NCBI GenBank assembly: GCA_951406725.2 | Contig: OX597823.1 | Coordinates: forward strand, 92,380,001-92,444,000 | Reading direction: 5' to 3' | DNA from: Octopus vulgaris | Lineage: Eukaryota | Length of the DNA stretch: 64,000 nt | Shown here: positions 1-14,850 of the stretch, in pieces | How the letters are laid out: each line of letters begins with the position of its first letter | Numbering within the stretch: the stretch's first letter is position 1 | Notes under the pieces: generated by a model | The model's database searches: none | Seen by the model: only the letters and a program-made list of their open reading frames with translations | What the model was told of the DNA's origin: nothing | Translations under genes and position numbers: made by a program

Positions 1-330
1 AATACTTTCCAAACCGATTGTTCTGGATCTTTAGGAATTGCTTCACTAATCTAAGACTGGATTATACCAGATCATCGTTGTTTTGATTGTATTCAAATAT
101 AGCTAATGCGTTGCAAGCAACCTGGTATTTACTTCAATCTGGAAATGCATCATTGCCTCTAATTGCCCATTTTTATCACTCAACAACATTGATAGAGAAG
201 CAAATACATTCGTAATCCTGTCGGCTTTTTTTTTGGGGGGGGGTAATCAATTAAAAACAAAAAGAACAACTTGCTCATTCAGGAGGGAACTAGATAAAAT
301 AAGTGACCATGCGATGGGGATTGGAAGATC

Positions 331-360
331 TAACGTTTCGGGCAGAGTTCTTCATCAGGG
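331..360 (-). ncRNA. Minimal hammerhead ribozyme-like motif (Penelope pLTR type)
   Basis: Minus strand reads ccCTGATGA-a-gaactctgccc-GAAACGTTA: intact CUGAUGA and GAAA boxes, palindromic AACGTT stem III, imperfect stem II. Confidence 0.55.
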
Positions 361-1258
361 ACAATTTGACTGGGCTGCATTTAATGGGAATGTTACAATC
401 TCTAATCTAAAAAAAAAATGTAACTGATAATGGACAGAAGTCTACGGTAGTTTCATCCATGAACACAAAGTGGTAGGCAAGAGAAATGCTCGTCAACACC
501 AGTCTGTTTGGAATTTGTTTTATTGCTTAAAGTTGTAGGCGGCAAAATGAATTTACCAGAAATGCAATTAGTTTTATGTAAGTATATTGTGATTGTGTTC
601 TAAAATTTATATATGATTTTGAAGTCATTCTCGTACGAAATGTCAAGTCGAAATTTGGCTTGTTGTTAGATAATTTCAGGATTTGATTATGAAAATACTG
701 AACAGGAACTTGGAAAATCGGTTGATAATTATGTTGATCTTCTCCTGACAGTGGAGGATGTAATTATATCGCTGCCTAGGGAATTAGGGAGATGATGTAG
801 ATATCAGAGTCGTAGACAACTATATCAGATCCAAAATAGAAGTTATCTAAACAGGAACCTGGCAGAATATATATTTTATTTCATTCTGATCCTCATAATT
901 AAAGGAAGAACACACGGAATATCATTATATATACGTTGGAAATATACTCAATGTTTCGCCGTAAACCGTAGGAATGCAAAATAAACATTCAAGGTAAGAG
1001 CTGTAGTTTAGTAAATAATCATAAATAATTCTTGAATAATGATGTCAATAGCATAAATGTGGAGACTGGTACATCGTCAAAAGCTATTTCCTTTTAATTT
1101 ACGATGTCATACGGTACATTTTTATGGTTACAACAACCTACTCGTATTTCCACTATGCAGATTATAGGCAGGTGTATATGGAACCAGACATACCTGCATC
1201 TGCAGTTTCGATCGGGGTCTTTCAACCAGCTTTCCTCGAAACTTGCCGATCTATCTAC

Positions 1259-1306
<48 letters not shown>

Positions 1307-1852
1307 TTATCTGTATATATATCAATATATGTGTGCGTGTGTCTGTGTGTGTTTGTGTGTGTGTGTGTATACACAGGGATACCTCTAGTACGAGTTTAAT
1401 TCTTTCCATGACCGAGCCCGTCTTACGATTTATTCGTTTTACAAATCAATTTCCCGCCTTGAATTTAACTAAAATATTATTAATCCGTTCCCTACCCCAC
1501 CAAAAAAAAAAAAAAATTAAAAATAATTTTTGATGGGCTTTAAAACAGAAAAAGTGTACTTACATGTAAAATCACAATTTTAAAACAAGGGAATGCAAAA
1601 GAAATATGTAAACTAGCTTTATTAACTGAATTACCTTAAATATGAGATTTGTGTGCTCGAATTTCAAGACAGAAATTCGCACGATCTCGGCTCGTACAGC
1701 AAATTACTTGTACAATGGAGCACTCGTACTGCGAGGTTGTACTGTATATATTGTGTGTGTGTACGTGTGTTTTTGTGTGTAGATAAATAGAAAGATAGAC
1801 AGACAGACATATATAGATAGACAGACAGACATATATAGATAGACAGACAGAC

Positions 1853-1946
<94 letters not shown>

Positions 1947-2143
1947 AGTTAATCCAAACAAGAAAGCACAAATAAAAACACAACAACGCGAGGACGCGGA
2001 ACAAGTATAGTATTATTGAACGCTCAGGAAAGAAGGAATGAAGGAGGGTTTAACGTTTTGAGCGGAGCTCTTCGTCAGAAACATAGGAAAAGGAAAGATC
2101 CAGAGAAGGGAAGACGGAGGGAAAAAATCGCCAACGGTACACA
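1947..2143 (-). mobile_element. ~200-bp HHR-bearing non-autonomous element, family H1 (Penelope pLTR-like)
   Basis: Reverse complement of 3432-3640 and 8205-8416. Contains gtttCTGACGAagagctccgctcAAAACGTTaaac (2048-2082, G12A variant). Flanked by (GATA)n. Confidence 0.75.
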
Positions 2144-2145
2144 TT

Positions 2146-2300
<155 letters not shown>

Positions 2301-2749
2301 CCACAGCAACATCACAGCACCATAAGCTACTGTTATGCGCGGCATAGGTTCTTTCTACGTTCTTACGCCTTACCACCAGCATCATCTGTACGATCGTTAC
2401 ATCATCATCATCAACATCATCATCATCAACATCATCGTCATAAATCTACAACGCAGTAAGAATATAAATACCGAGAGCTGTATGAATAAAGTACCGAGAG
2501 TAATGAATAAATTGCCATAGCAACGACTATTAACATCAAATTCAACCTCACTAACAGCATCAATAACAACCATTAACCTGTAATAGGTAAGATTATTATG
2601 GACACTAACAACGCCACCTATAACAAATACAACATCAATAACATCTTCATTTGCAATGAGGAATGTTGATACTACTGGCTTTCCATGCATGAAACAGAAG
2701 CTAAATCACCCTTAAATTTCATATTTTTCTATTTTGGTTTCAAATTCCG

Positions 2750-2948
2750 GTACAATGTTAGTAATTTCGATGGTGGGGCGCTAGTCAATAACATGAACCT
2801 CAGTGCTCGACTACCACTTATTTTATCGACCTCGAAACGAGGACAGGCAAGACGATCTCTGCGGTATTTGAACCCGGAGCGTAAAGACCGACGAAATGCC
2901 GCGAAGCATTTTACTCGGTGAGCTAACGATCCTGCCACTTCATCGCCT
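2750..2948 (-). mobile_element. SINE family C, degenerate
   Basis: Reverse complement resembles 30189-30420 (ggcagaatcgttagc...ttcaaat..cgc.gag.tcg). Confidence 0.7.
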
Positions 2949-3431
2949 TAATTTCTTCCAATATTAAATGAGGCTATTATAGATAATTTCGTCTTAATAC
3001 ACATATGTAACATGCTGGTGATTAGTGAGATGTGTTCATTTTTGTGCCATTTTGTAAGAACGAGAAAGGGTAACAAACATGGTCGTAGATTCTTAAAGCT
3101 TCTGAAAATACTGGGAGGGGAAAAAGCTGTATTCACAGAAGAGACCTGATGTGAATGCTCAGTAAAGTTCGCTAAAATAGATAAGGACCTGGTGTTCGTC
3201 TTAAAGCATGTGAGTTTGGACATTTGCTACCAAAGAACTCAGATCGCAAAGAAGCCGGAAGGATAACGGAAGTCGTACCATCCGATATATTCGGGAATTC
3301 CACCAACCCAGTGTCATAATCTAATTAAAATATTAAATGACCTGACATGCTTCAACACACGAAATCACATAAAGAATCTTGAAAACCAAATCCAAAAGCG
3401 GAACATATATATATATACATCTGTTCAAAAT

Positions 3432-3640
3432 GTGACCGCGTGTGTACCGTTGGCGACTTTTTTTCCCCCGTCTTCCCTTCTTTGGATCGTTCTTTTTCGT
3501 ATGTTTCTGACGAAGAGCTCCGCTCGAAACGTTCAATCCTCCTTCTTTCTTTCCTTTCCTGAGCGTCCAATAACACTATACTTGTTTCACGTCCTCGCGT
3601 TGTTGTGTTTTATCTTTGTATTTTCATGTTTGGATTAACT
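3432..3640 (+). mobile_element. Family H1 HHR-bearing element
   Basis: gtttCTGACGAa-gagc-tcc-gctc-GAAACGTT at 3503-3533. Ends in ggattaact, followed by (TA)n. Confidence 0.8.
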
Positions 3641-3649
3641 ATGCATATA

Positions 3650-3708
<59 letters not shown>

Positions 3709-4552
3709 TTGGAAAATACACACACATTAATATATAAGTTTATCCCGGTCAAAATTGAATCCGGGATACGAGAAGATGAAATAAATCTCCCCAGAATTTC
3801 TGTACAAAATCCTAAAGATACTTTTAAATCACATTTGATCTCAATTAAGCTTGACAAGATCAACCTGGTATAAAACATCAACAACAGCCTCTTTAAAACA
3901 ACAACTACAACAAAAACTTCAACCACTACGATAGAGCAGCAAAACTCTTTGTAGTCGCTTACTCGATATGAAATGACAACGTTTTACTCTGAAGTAAACT
4001 CTTCAAAAGAACACATAGAGCAGTGTTGACCTATGAGCAAAGAATATTCCTGTTTACGATGTCTTTGATTATAAGTGCGACAAGTAAAGTGGAAGCGGAG
4101 TTCCATAACATCGGGAAGAACATTATTTACAGCTTTTATAAAAATGGTAAGTAATAATAGAAAACTACGCCGGCTCCATCATGAGAATCACTTCTGTGGA
4201 GTTGCCTGATCAACATGTAATACCAGACAAATAAACTTGAAATTACACTCCAGGATCTTGAAAATGAAAACATGTATTCGGGAAAAAAATGTAATTCTTT
4301 AAAATGGTGAGTTCATAGTTGGAAAATCAAAACTGATGGTAAGTTTAATCTGTCATGGCTGACGTGAATCACAAAAAATAACAACAATAACAAAGGTGCC
4401 ACCGCGATTCTCACCAGGAATTCAGAAATCAAAGTATTTGGGACGTCAGGTTTATCTAAGGTCGATGTACCGTTTAAAAATACCCACAAAATCTCTCACA
4501 AAGCGCTGATTAATGTTTTCTATTTTTTTTAGAATATTGGCTAATGTAGGTC

Positions 4553-4735
4553 AAGAGGGGTGGACTACTAGTCAGGATGCTGCACGCACAATCGCAAGTT
4601 GATGGTTTCAATTCCTGGGCCACTCAGTTGTAAACGAATAATTCTGCGATGGTTGAGGAAGGATATTATGACTTCTACCACTTATGCGCCAAGGAAATCG
4701 GATAAAAAGCCCAATGAGACCTAGGACTCAAGATA
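4553..4735 (+). mobile_element. Degenerate SINE: CORE-type head plus tail Y
   Basis: ggtttcaattcc B-box remnant, ccactcagttgtaaa, ctgcgatgg...cgccaaggaaa, similar to the tail of 45853-46149. Confidence 0.45.
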
Positions 4736-5194
4736 TTAATGACCAGGGCTTGCTACTGCTGCTGCTGCTGCCGATGATGATGAAGGTGGATCATGTTCTG
4801 TCTGTGATGGCTTGCTTACGGCTATGATCATTTTGATTAATACTTCTTCGCTTTTGAAGATAACATAACTCCAGACTACATCCACAACATTGCTTTGCGA
4901 ATGGAATAGCTCGAAACCTGAAGGCGATATTAAGTAAAGATATCTCCTTGTTGGAACCACAGACTGCATCATACACAACCTACGCAAGCAAGAACCATAT
5001 TATCAGGACTGCTATAGCTATCACATGCACCCCCCCACTCATCTAACACAGCTTCGAAACCCCATTTACACCATCGGCATCAATATCATCAGAAACTCAC
5101 ACGAAAAGCTGGAGAGATATCGAAAAAAAAACAACAGGATAATATATATGCATACACAATATCATTATATACATGTTTGTCAATATCGTATCGT

Positions 5195-5297
5195 CATCAT
5201 GATCATCAACACCACCACCACCATCGCCACCACAAACATCATCATCATCTCAACAACCATCATCATGATCATTATCATCATCATCATCATCATCATC
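5195..5297. repeat. (CAT/CAC)n trinucleotide tract
   Basis: Direct reading. Explains the His- and Ile-rich ORFs. Confidence 0.9.
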
Positions 5298-5571
5298 TTC
5301 ACCGTTATTATCATTATGGTTGTGGTGGTCGGGCTTGTCACCTTCAAAGACAAAGACTTGGTCCTGTTAACAAGTTTCCTCCTTCATCATGATAGTTATG
5401 AATTCCCACATCACCATAAGTGAATTACAAAATAACAGGGAAAACACACACACACACACACATGCACATACATATATATACACACATACACACAGTGAGA
5501 GAAAATGTCACTTTTTCATATCCTTTTTTCACTACTCTACAGCGTATTCGTGTGTGAATATATACATATAC

Positions 5572-5654
<83 letters not shown>

Positions 5655-5976
5655 CATACATATATATATGTTTATATATACATGTTGTCACAACGGAAGT
5701 GACACAAAGTTATTCAGAGACAATGTGTGTGTATAAAAAGAAGGTGGGTCTCCTGAACGAGAGAGAGAGAGAGAGAGAACATGATGTGCACGCATATATG
5801 TGACGACTCTGAATCCAACGAGTGTGAGGTCTGGTGTGGTGGTACGTGTGTGATGATAGAGGTGTGGAGGAGAAACTTTTATTTTCTTTTGTTTTTGTAA
5901 AGGAAAAAAAAATGACAAAACATTGCATCATACATTTTCAAATGGAAAATATTGATTTTTCAAAATATCATTGTCC

Positions 5977-6036
5977 CACATTCACATGTAGACACATTCA
6001 CATGTAGACACATTCACATGTAGACACATACACATG
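5977..6036. repeat. 16-bp tandem repeat (cacattcacatgtaga) x3-4
   Basis: Direct reading. Confidence 0.9.
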
Positions 6037-6251
6037 ACGGTAGATACACCAACCCACGCTTATCCACACGCACATGCGTGTTTGTGTACGCATACATACA
6101 TACATACATACATACATACATACATACATGCATATACACATGCACATACACACACACAAACACACACACATATATATATATACGAATAGGTATGACGTGC
6201 ACACATATCCTTGCGTAAATATCTATTTTTCTATCTGTCTATCTCACTCTT

Positions 6252-6348
<97 letters not shown>

Positions 6349-6371
6349 CCATATCTATATATCTATGTATA

Positions 6372-6410
<39 letters not shown>

Positions 6411-7060
6411 GTGTGTGTGTGTGTGTATATTTGTGCGTGAGTTCGTGCACGCGTAGGTTTCTAAACACATATATATTTGTATATTATTTATATATACTCT
6501 ATATATGTGCATGCACACACAATGTTTTTGTTTTATATATAAACATACACTTGCACACACACAAATATATGCACTTGCATAACATCCTTGCATATATACA
6601 TACATATATACATTCATACAAACACACACACACACACACACACTCATATATATATATATATATATACGTATATGAATACACACACATACATGCATATATA
6701 GAATACATACATCTGCATATATAAAAACATATGTAAATATACACATACGTACGGGCGTGCTGTCGTGCTCACCTACGTACGTTCGCGAGAAAAAAAGCGT
6801 ATGTTTAAAATGGAATTATTGCCAAGTGTAAATGGGATTGTACATTCGCTGAAATTCATAAAAACATAGGAAAATATATATTGTTTCATGCCTATGCATA
6901 GATATGTAGGTGACTGTATATATAAACGACTGAATATGAACATACATGAATAAATACAAATGCGTATGAAGAAATCCATCCGTGTTAACATAGTCACAAT
7001 AACACACGCAGACAATCAGACAGAAAGATATACATACGCACACTCACAAACATATATATA

Positions 7061-7091
<31 letters not shown>

Positions 7092-7288
7092 TCATGCATA
7101 TGTATATGTATATGTGTGTGTGTGTGTGTATGTGCATGTATATGAACAATTTAATATGAATGCGAAGTGTTGTTTCCATCTGACTTTTAATTACAACGCC
7201 ACATTTAGCCAAATATTTAATTGAAATGCCTCCTGTGTGCCATGCTGGAGCACTGAATTGAGAAGTTGCAGTCGGGCTAATCATTCTC

Positions 7289-7352
<64 letters not shown>

Positions 7353-7357
7353 AGTGA

Positions 7358-7511
7358 GATGACCACTAAGTGGATATCCATTATGCTAGATGTAGACCCA
7401 ATGTAGTCTGACAACTAAGAAAATATTCTTCTGGAGAGAACAATCTTTTCTTAGTGGTCAGACCATATGGGACGGACATCTACCATGATGGATGTCCACT
7501 TAGTGGTCATC
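7358..7511. mobile_element. MITE-like fold-back element inside a (TA)n tract
   Basis: gatgaccactaagtggatatccattatgctaga and tctaccatgatggatgtccacttagtggtcatc are inverted repeats. Inner pair ctgacaactaagaaaa / ttttcttagtggtcag. Confidence 0.7.
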
Positions 7512-7558
7512 CCTCCTATATATATGTAACATAATTTTTCTGAATCTTCGCATTTTTC

Positions 7559-7619
7559 GATAATACTTTATTTGTTCCACGTCTTCGCGTTTTTTTTTAT
7601 GTTTTCTTGTTTGGATTAA

Positions 7620-7620
<1 letters not shown>
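7559..7620 (+). mobile_element. 3' fragment of family H1
   Basis: ataatactttatttgttccacgtc...ttggattaac, then (TA)n. Confidence 0.75.
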
Positions 7621-7678
<58 letters not shown>

Positions 7679-7711
7679 CATACATACATACATACATACA
7701 TACATACATAC

Positions 7712-7757
<46 letters not shown>

Positions 7758-7850
7758 CATAATATATATATATATATATATAAAATTCTGGTGTTTATTT
7801 AATAAATCGAAGTCTTTAGCTGACCCGCAATATTATGGAGACATAAACAG

Positions 7851-7971
7851 ACCATCAGCGGTTGTTAAGCGGTGATTAGGGGCAGACATACATGCACACA
7901 CACACACACAAACACACATGTATGTATTGCGTATACGATGGATCTCAGTTTCCATCTGCCAAATCCACTTT
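7851..7971 (-). mobile_element. SINE family A internal fragment
   Basis: cagtttccatctgccaaatccac matches the family A core in reverse. Confidence 0.6.
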
Positions 7972-8156
7972 GATCGGTTTGGTGCCAATAGCAGAATACG
8001 CGCTGGCTCAAAGAGCGAATCCGGACGTCTGAACCTGAGAAGCAAACGTCATTGCATTCAGATACAGATATATGGTAGGTATGTATGTGTGTAGGAGCAC
8101 GTGTGTGTGCGTGTGTGCGATATGTTTGTGTGTGTGAGCCCATCATCATGTAAGTA

Positions 8157-8204
<48 letters not shown>

Positions 8205-8207
<3 letters not shown>

Positions 8208-8416
8208 ACCTCGTGAGTACCGCTCGCGATTTTTTTTCCTCTGTCTTCCCTTCTCGGGATCTTTCTTTCTCCTATGTTTCCGACGAAGAGCTCCGCTCGA
8301 AACGTTAAACCCTCCTTCTTCCCTCCTTTCCTGAGCGTACAATAATACTTTATTTGTTCCACGTCCTCGCGTTGTTGTGTTTTTTGTTTTTTTGTGTTTT
8401 CTTGTTTGGATTAACT
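8205..8416 (+). mobile_element. Family H1 HHR-bearing element
   Basis: gtttCCGACGAa-gagctccgctc-GAAACGTT-aaac (8276-8310). (TA)n on both sides. Confidence 0.8.
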
Positions 8417-8432
8417 ATATATATATATACAT

Positions 8433-8493
<61 letters not shown>

Positions 8494-8494
<1 letters not shown>

Positions 8495-8860
8495 TTAGCG
8501 GCATTTCAAATTCCGCCTAGGTCAACTTTCCCTTTCATTCTTTCGTGGTCGATTATATAAGTACCAGTAACGCACTGTGGTCGATGTAATCGACTTAATC
8601 CGTTTGTCTGTCCTTGTTTGTCCCCTCTGTGTTTATCCCCCTGTGGGCAGTAAAGAAATTGGTGTGTGTTTGGCCCCCAACACCGCTTGATAACCGATGC
8701 TGACATGTCTACGTTCTTGAAACTTAGTAGTTCGGCAAAAGAGTCCTATAGAATGAGTATTACGCTTTCAAAGAATAATTCCTGGGGTCGATTTCTTCGA
8801 CTAAAGGCTGTGCACCAGCATGGCCGCTGTCAAATGACTGAAACAAATAAAAGAATAACA
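8494..8860 (+). mobile_element. SINE family C (partial) directly followed by the 3' half of SINE family A
   Basis: ttcaaattccgcc..ggtcaacttt...aagtaccag to 8661, then cccccaacaccgcttga...aaatgactgaaacaaataaaag. Confidence 0.8.
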
Positions 8861-9079
8861 AAATTAAAAAATATATCCCTTTACATATTGAAAGGCCTAA
8901 TGGCCAAACGATTTGATAAGATATTTGTTTATATAATTCTTTCCAGAACTGTCAAGGAAAATAATATCAGTGCCACTATATAAATTCACAACACCGGAAT
9001 CTATTACTAGATAAGAGCTAACGCACGAAACTCTCGACACTTGAGTCACTCTCCTTCTACTAAATATTAATATATGTGC

Positions 9080-9149
<70 letters not shown>

Positions 9150-9519
9150 ATGTGCGTGTTTGCATACGTTTGTAAGCTATGTGATCGTTCGTATGTTTGC
9201 GTAAATTGAAAACAATGGAAGACATCTCCCAGTCGAGCATGATTGCTGTCAGCCTATCCTAAACTTAAATTTCATGAATGCCACACTTGAAACTAACAGC
9301 GAATGTTCGAATAAATTTGGAATTTGTTCAAGCAAACGCGACGGCGAAACAATATACACTCCGCCTCACTGAATGCTTAATTTCAGATGATCATTTCGAA
9401 ACAATAATAACATATTCAATATTAATGGCATCAACGATGGAAAATTGAAAACTACAGAAAAGGCAGAATAACAATAATAATGATTTTTTTAAATGTTTAA
9501 TATGATTGATTTCTTTTTA

Positions 9520-9588
<69 letters not shown>

Positions 9589-9614
9589 AAATTATAATAA
9601 TAATAATAACAATT

Positions 9615-9675
<61 letters not shown>

Positions 9676-9680
9676 TAATA
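9520..9680. repeat. (ACT)n-(AAT)n compound microsatellite
   Basis: Direct reading. Confidence 0.95.
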
Positions 9681-10470
9681 GTTATAAGATGGAATTCTGG
9701 TTTAAGCACCCCGTACAACCCTATAGGAATCTCCCTGTAATTAGGGGATTTCCCTATTTAGACACCTTAAAAGGTATTCGACCACTAGACTTGTGATTTC
9801 AGCCGAGTCCATAGCTATATAAGAGTTTTCGAGGGTGTCAGCCCTAGGCCAAAGTTTATCCTCAAATTCTATAATAGCACTTGTAGCTAAAAGAATAATG
9901 TCAATTTTATCCCCATAATTGTCATCTAACAACTTGATTCAAGTTTTCATTTACCAAATCCAATGATATTGCTTCAAATAAATCTTGATTTTTATGACTA
10001 TACCCTTTCTGTAGACTCCCTCAGCCCTATAACTAACAGATTCGGCCTTAGATATACAAGAATTTGATAAAACTAGTCTATAAATTAAAACTGACCCCAT
10101 ATAAAAGTGACAAGCAAAATATGTAACAAATATTTCTTCCTGATAGCTTAGTAGCTTCTAAGTGGAAGGAAGGACAACAATGTACTCTGTCTATCCCCTT
10201 AACTTCTTGGAGATTTTAGGCATAATTATACTAATGTAGCCATCTGTTCTAATTTAATTAAATTCTATGTCTTTGTACAGCTGAGGATTGCTCTGCATTT
10301 AAATTGATGTAATCTTTGCATTGTTCGATTAAATGGAGTTGCGTGAAACGATCATACTGCATTACCTCTGGATATCCTTGTTGCTTATTTTGGTATACAC
10401 ACACACGCACACACATACATACATATACATACACACACACATTATATATATATATATATAGAGAGAGAGA

Positions 10471-10856
10471 GACGCACAGCCGTGACTGTGTCGTAAGAAG
10501 TTTGCCTCCCAACCACATATTTCCGGGTTCAGTCCCACTGCGTGGCAACTTGTGCAAGTGTCTTCTACTATAGCCTCGGGCTGACCAAACCCTTGAGAGT
10601 AGATTTGGTAGACGGAAACTGAAAGAAGCCCGTCGTATGTGTGTGTGTAATTGTGTTTCTGTGCTTTTTTCTCCCCGTCGTTTGACAACCGATGTTGCTG
10701 TGTTTACGTCGCCCGTCAGCTAGCGATTCGGCAAAAGATAGCGAAAGAATAAATAATTGGCTTGCAAAGAATAAGTCCTGGGGGCGATTTGTTCAAGTAA
10801 AAACGGTGCTGCCACATGGCCGCAATCAAATGACTGAAAGAAATAAGGAAATAAAA
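10471..10856 (+). mobile_element. tRNA-derived SINE family A, near full length
   Basis: Head tgtgtcgtaagaag...gggttcagtcccactgcgtgg, core gatttggtagacggaaactgaaagaagcccgtcg, internal TG tract, tail aaatgactgaaa. Confidence 0.9.
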
Positions 10857-11261
10857 CAATATATATAATTGTGTGAGTGTGTGTTTGTGTTTTTGTGTTG
10901 TGTGTGTTTATGAAGAAAGCGCATGCGTGCGGGAGAGTAAGTTCTATGATGTGATGGATTAGGTTTTATACCATGGTCGACTTCATTATTGATCATCTCG
11001 CCCTTCTTCAGACTCAGTAAAGAACTCTTGAATTCAGAAAGATCCAGCCAATAATTATTTGGGAGTTGTCCCAAGAGAAGCTAAACCACATACACTGTTT
11101 TTAGCTTTTTAACGTAATGTCGAAAAACTTAAATTTACTTTCGGTCGTTTCATACTACATAATTTGTTGGAAAATTTAGTATTTATATATTTAAAAATGT
11201 GAGCTGATATGTCAAAAGATTCTTCGTTATGTATGTGTTAAATGACTAGTTTTCCATTTGC

Positions 11262-11331
<70 letters not shown>

Positions 11332-11864
11332 ATCTATATCTATATATAGATATATATATCTATATGCTGGTGGCATATCTATCTATATCTATATCTATAT
11401 ATAGATATATATATCTATCCGCTGGTGGCAGAAAATTTTTCTTGAATTTTTTGTTACCCTTATATTGATTGATTAATGAATTTTTGACTAATTCTGAAAT
11501 TTGTATCAGCAGCTTATATTTGCTGCGGAGTAGATGGCGCGATTACGGTGAATTCGAAAATTTACGATATATAGACCCGAGGCGTAGATGGTGTAGCCTC
11601 GTGTATATATATTTGCCTCCTATTTTGGTGACTTTGCTGACGAGACAAGCCAAGCATAAACGGATTTAATTTAATTTAATTAAATTTGATTGCGTGAAGA
11701 TGTTGAAACCTTGCAGGGTACAAAGTTTAAAGGGGATAAATGTTTTTTATTTTCCTCTAGTTTCAGAATTACTACTATTTTTTGCGGGTTTGAGTTTTAG
11801 CTGCTCTTTTCAAGTGAGTCGAACGACCTTCTCAGGGTCATTCCTTAATATTTTGTTGAATATA

Positions 11865-11912
<48 letters not shown>

Positions 11913-12533
11913 TTGAGATAGGGGTTGTAAATGCAACCCTCCATGGGATAACATATATCCAATATACTGCTAGTGAAGTACCCAACAAAGTTAATACATA
12001 AATGTTAAGGATTGCGATGCAATCAATTCATTTACTGTATTATATGGGCAAAGGTAATCTTTTCTTATCTTGTATATATATATATATATATATAATATTA
12101 CACTTAGCTTTACTTTATGCTTCTGAGAACATTATCAACAATCGAACCATATTCTCCGTTTAAATACACGTGCGTTGAAATTACGAGTTTGACAGCCAGC
12201 AAAAAGGCAAAATATTTCTTATCATACTGAAACGCATTGTTTAAAGTGGGTAAATAATGCATTATAATTTTCAAGAAGATAAAACATTCGTTGTTAATGT
12301 TTAAGTGTTTTCGCCATTTTTGGCAATCCTACAAATTGTTCGGTTCGATTTTGAAGAGCTAGTTTTTATATTGTGGAACATGAATAGGAATTTCAGTCAC
12401 TGAGGTGACATGCCAGTTTTTAGAAATCAATGCAATTATATACATATACACACATTCACACACGCATACAAACGCGTTTGCACCACACACACAAACATGC
12501 ACACATACGCTCACACACATCAATGTATGTGGG

Positions 12534-12604
<71 letters not shown>

Positions 12605-13469
12605 TATATATATATATCGTTTTACAAATGTGCATCTACATTGATGTTTGTATACACTCGCACATATACATATAGAGAGAGATAGATAGATAGATAGATA
12701 GATAGATAGGTTGGTAGGTAGGTAGGTAGATAGATAAATAGATAGATATATAGATTGATAGATAGATACATACATAGATAGATAAGCATATGAATGTGTA
12801 TGCATATATATACATACGTACACATGTATGTACATATTTATACATTGAACATTTCAAATATGAAAGACAAATTCTTGAATGAGAATCAAATACGGTTTGT
12901 GTTTAGTGCTTTCTCTCTGTGTTCTTGCGTTGTGCTTCTAAACCGTGGCGTGAAACTTCGTAGTCATCATCAATATTAAACAATTATATCACTTTCTCTA
13001 TTGCCTCGCATCTCTGCGCATATATTTCTCCATATTCCTCTCTTTTGCCCCTCCACCTTATATATCTCTCTTTTTGTTTTACTCGCTGAATTTCTTTCTA
13101 CAATAATGGCGAATCAATCCTGAAAATGCTTGTTCATCAATTTTGAAAAGTACACACGCAATTTCTGTTTCCTTTTGACCCAAGTCAAAAATATATTCCC
13201 TTTTCTATAATGGTGTTGAGAAAACAGGAAATTGATTTATTATTTCAAATTATCAACTTTTTTTATATAAAACACTTGAAAAAGCCACTACCCACTTGTT
13301 TACCTTCTGTTGAGCCCTGAATGCCTTTAATGAATATCGTATTTATACATTGCTTACAGAAAATTCACGTAAAAAGGATGTTGCAGAGACAAGGATGATA
13401 AGGAATATTGAAGTTATTCTAAGTTTTTATACATACGTAAATACATACATAAAGACGCACACAAAAGCA

Positions 13470-13536
<67 letters not shown>

Positions 13537-13591
13537 GAGAGAGTGAGAGAGAGAGATAGATATATGTGTGTGAGGGTATCTGTGCGTGAGA

Positions 13592-13625
<34 letters not shown>

Positions 13626-14541
13626 AATACACACACACACGAATGCACACACACACACACACACCCATACACACGCACACACGCACACACACACACACAC
13701 ACACATATATGTATACATAAAGATTTATATATACATGGCCGCTGTCAACTGACTGAAGCCATTAAAAGAATAAAAGAAACCGAATGAAATGTGAAAAATT
13801 ACAAATCATAAACATATAAAGTTCGAGGAATAAACCGGAAGAAACAGGAAATCAATGGTAGAAAAGCAATCACTGTTTAAACAAAGTGAAATATGAAAAG
13901 TGAAAGGTTATAATTTATAGAAAAAATTATAAATCCTAAATGTTATAAAATTATAGTTTGAGAAGTGGAAGGAGCCGTAAAGGGAAGGTTGGAGAAGTCA
14001 AAGTTCCGTTTAAACATTCAAAACCTGAGCGTGAAGAAGAATTAGGAGATATAAGGTAATCAGGGTTAGCGAAAATTAAAGTATGATGTCAGTGTTGTAA
14101 TTGGATGCTGGGATTTAATATATAAAATCTGTAAGAATCGTAAAGTGACAACCGGACGAACATACAACCCAGAATAAAAGACCTAATAGAAGTGGAGTAA
14201 GAAGAAGTGAATAGAGGGATGGTTTGTGGGGGTATGTAAGGTTAGGGTTAAGCTTCTTATTGGTCCGTGGGCGGATAGCTGTGAAATGGTATAGGGTCAC
14301 TGAACAGGAAAGCCCCCATAGTACACGAGATACTGAGGCTGTTGCAGTAGAAGACAAAATAGCTAAGGGGTAGACGGAAGAGGATCTAAATCATCTGCAA
14401 TGGTCCGCAGCATTTATGCAGGCACCTTATCAGAAATTCAATATCTTTTCTTTATTGTATTACCCCTATTGTGTAATATCTCTAAAGTTTCAGCTGGTTA
14501 GTCTGATTACAATGCATAAAATGCAAAATATTTAATTTGTT

Positions 14542-14850
14542 TGTAGATTAGGTAGGTATAATTCTCCCCTGCTTTTCAATCTCCGTATTTAAGCTACGCA
14601 TAGAACTGCTGTAGTACACATGTTGTGTACACTCCTACAACAAAGTTTTCTTTACGTATTATAAAGGCAGTCATGTGGCTGTGTTTCTATATATATGATA
14701 TGATTATATAAACACACAGTGTGTAGATTAGGTAGGTATAATTCGCCCCTGCTTTTCAATCTCCGTATTTAAGCTACGCATAGAACTGCTGTAGTACACA
14801 TGTTGTGTACACTCCTACAACAAAGTTTTCTTTACGTATTATAAAGGCAG
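14542..14850. repeat. Tandem duplication: 129-bp block repeated at 180-bp offset
   Basis: 14542-14670 and 14722-14850 are identical except for one base (ctccc/cgccc). Confidence 0.95.

Noticed and set aside
11330-11430. 55-bp tandem duplication containing gctggtggca
   Set aside because: Real, but explained by slippage within a (TA)/(TCTA) tract. No further structure.
11795-11845. HHR-like ctgagaag...gaaa on the minus strand (similarly 42748-42775 and 58837-58858)
   Set aside because: The core spacing or stem II cannot be drawn convincingly.
13980-14400. Purine-rich tract that might be a Penelope 3' remnant
   Set aside because: No clear GIY-YIG or HHR motif could be read.
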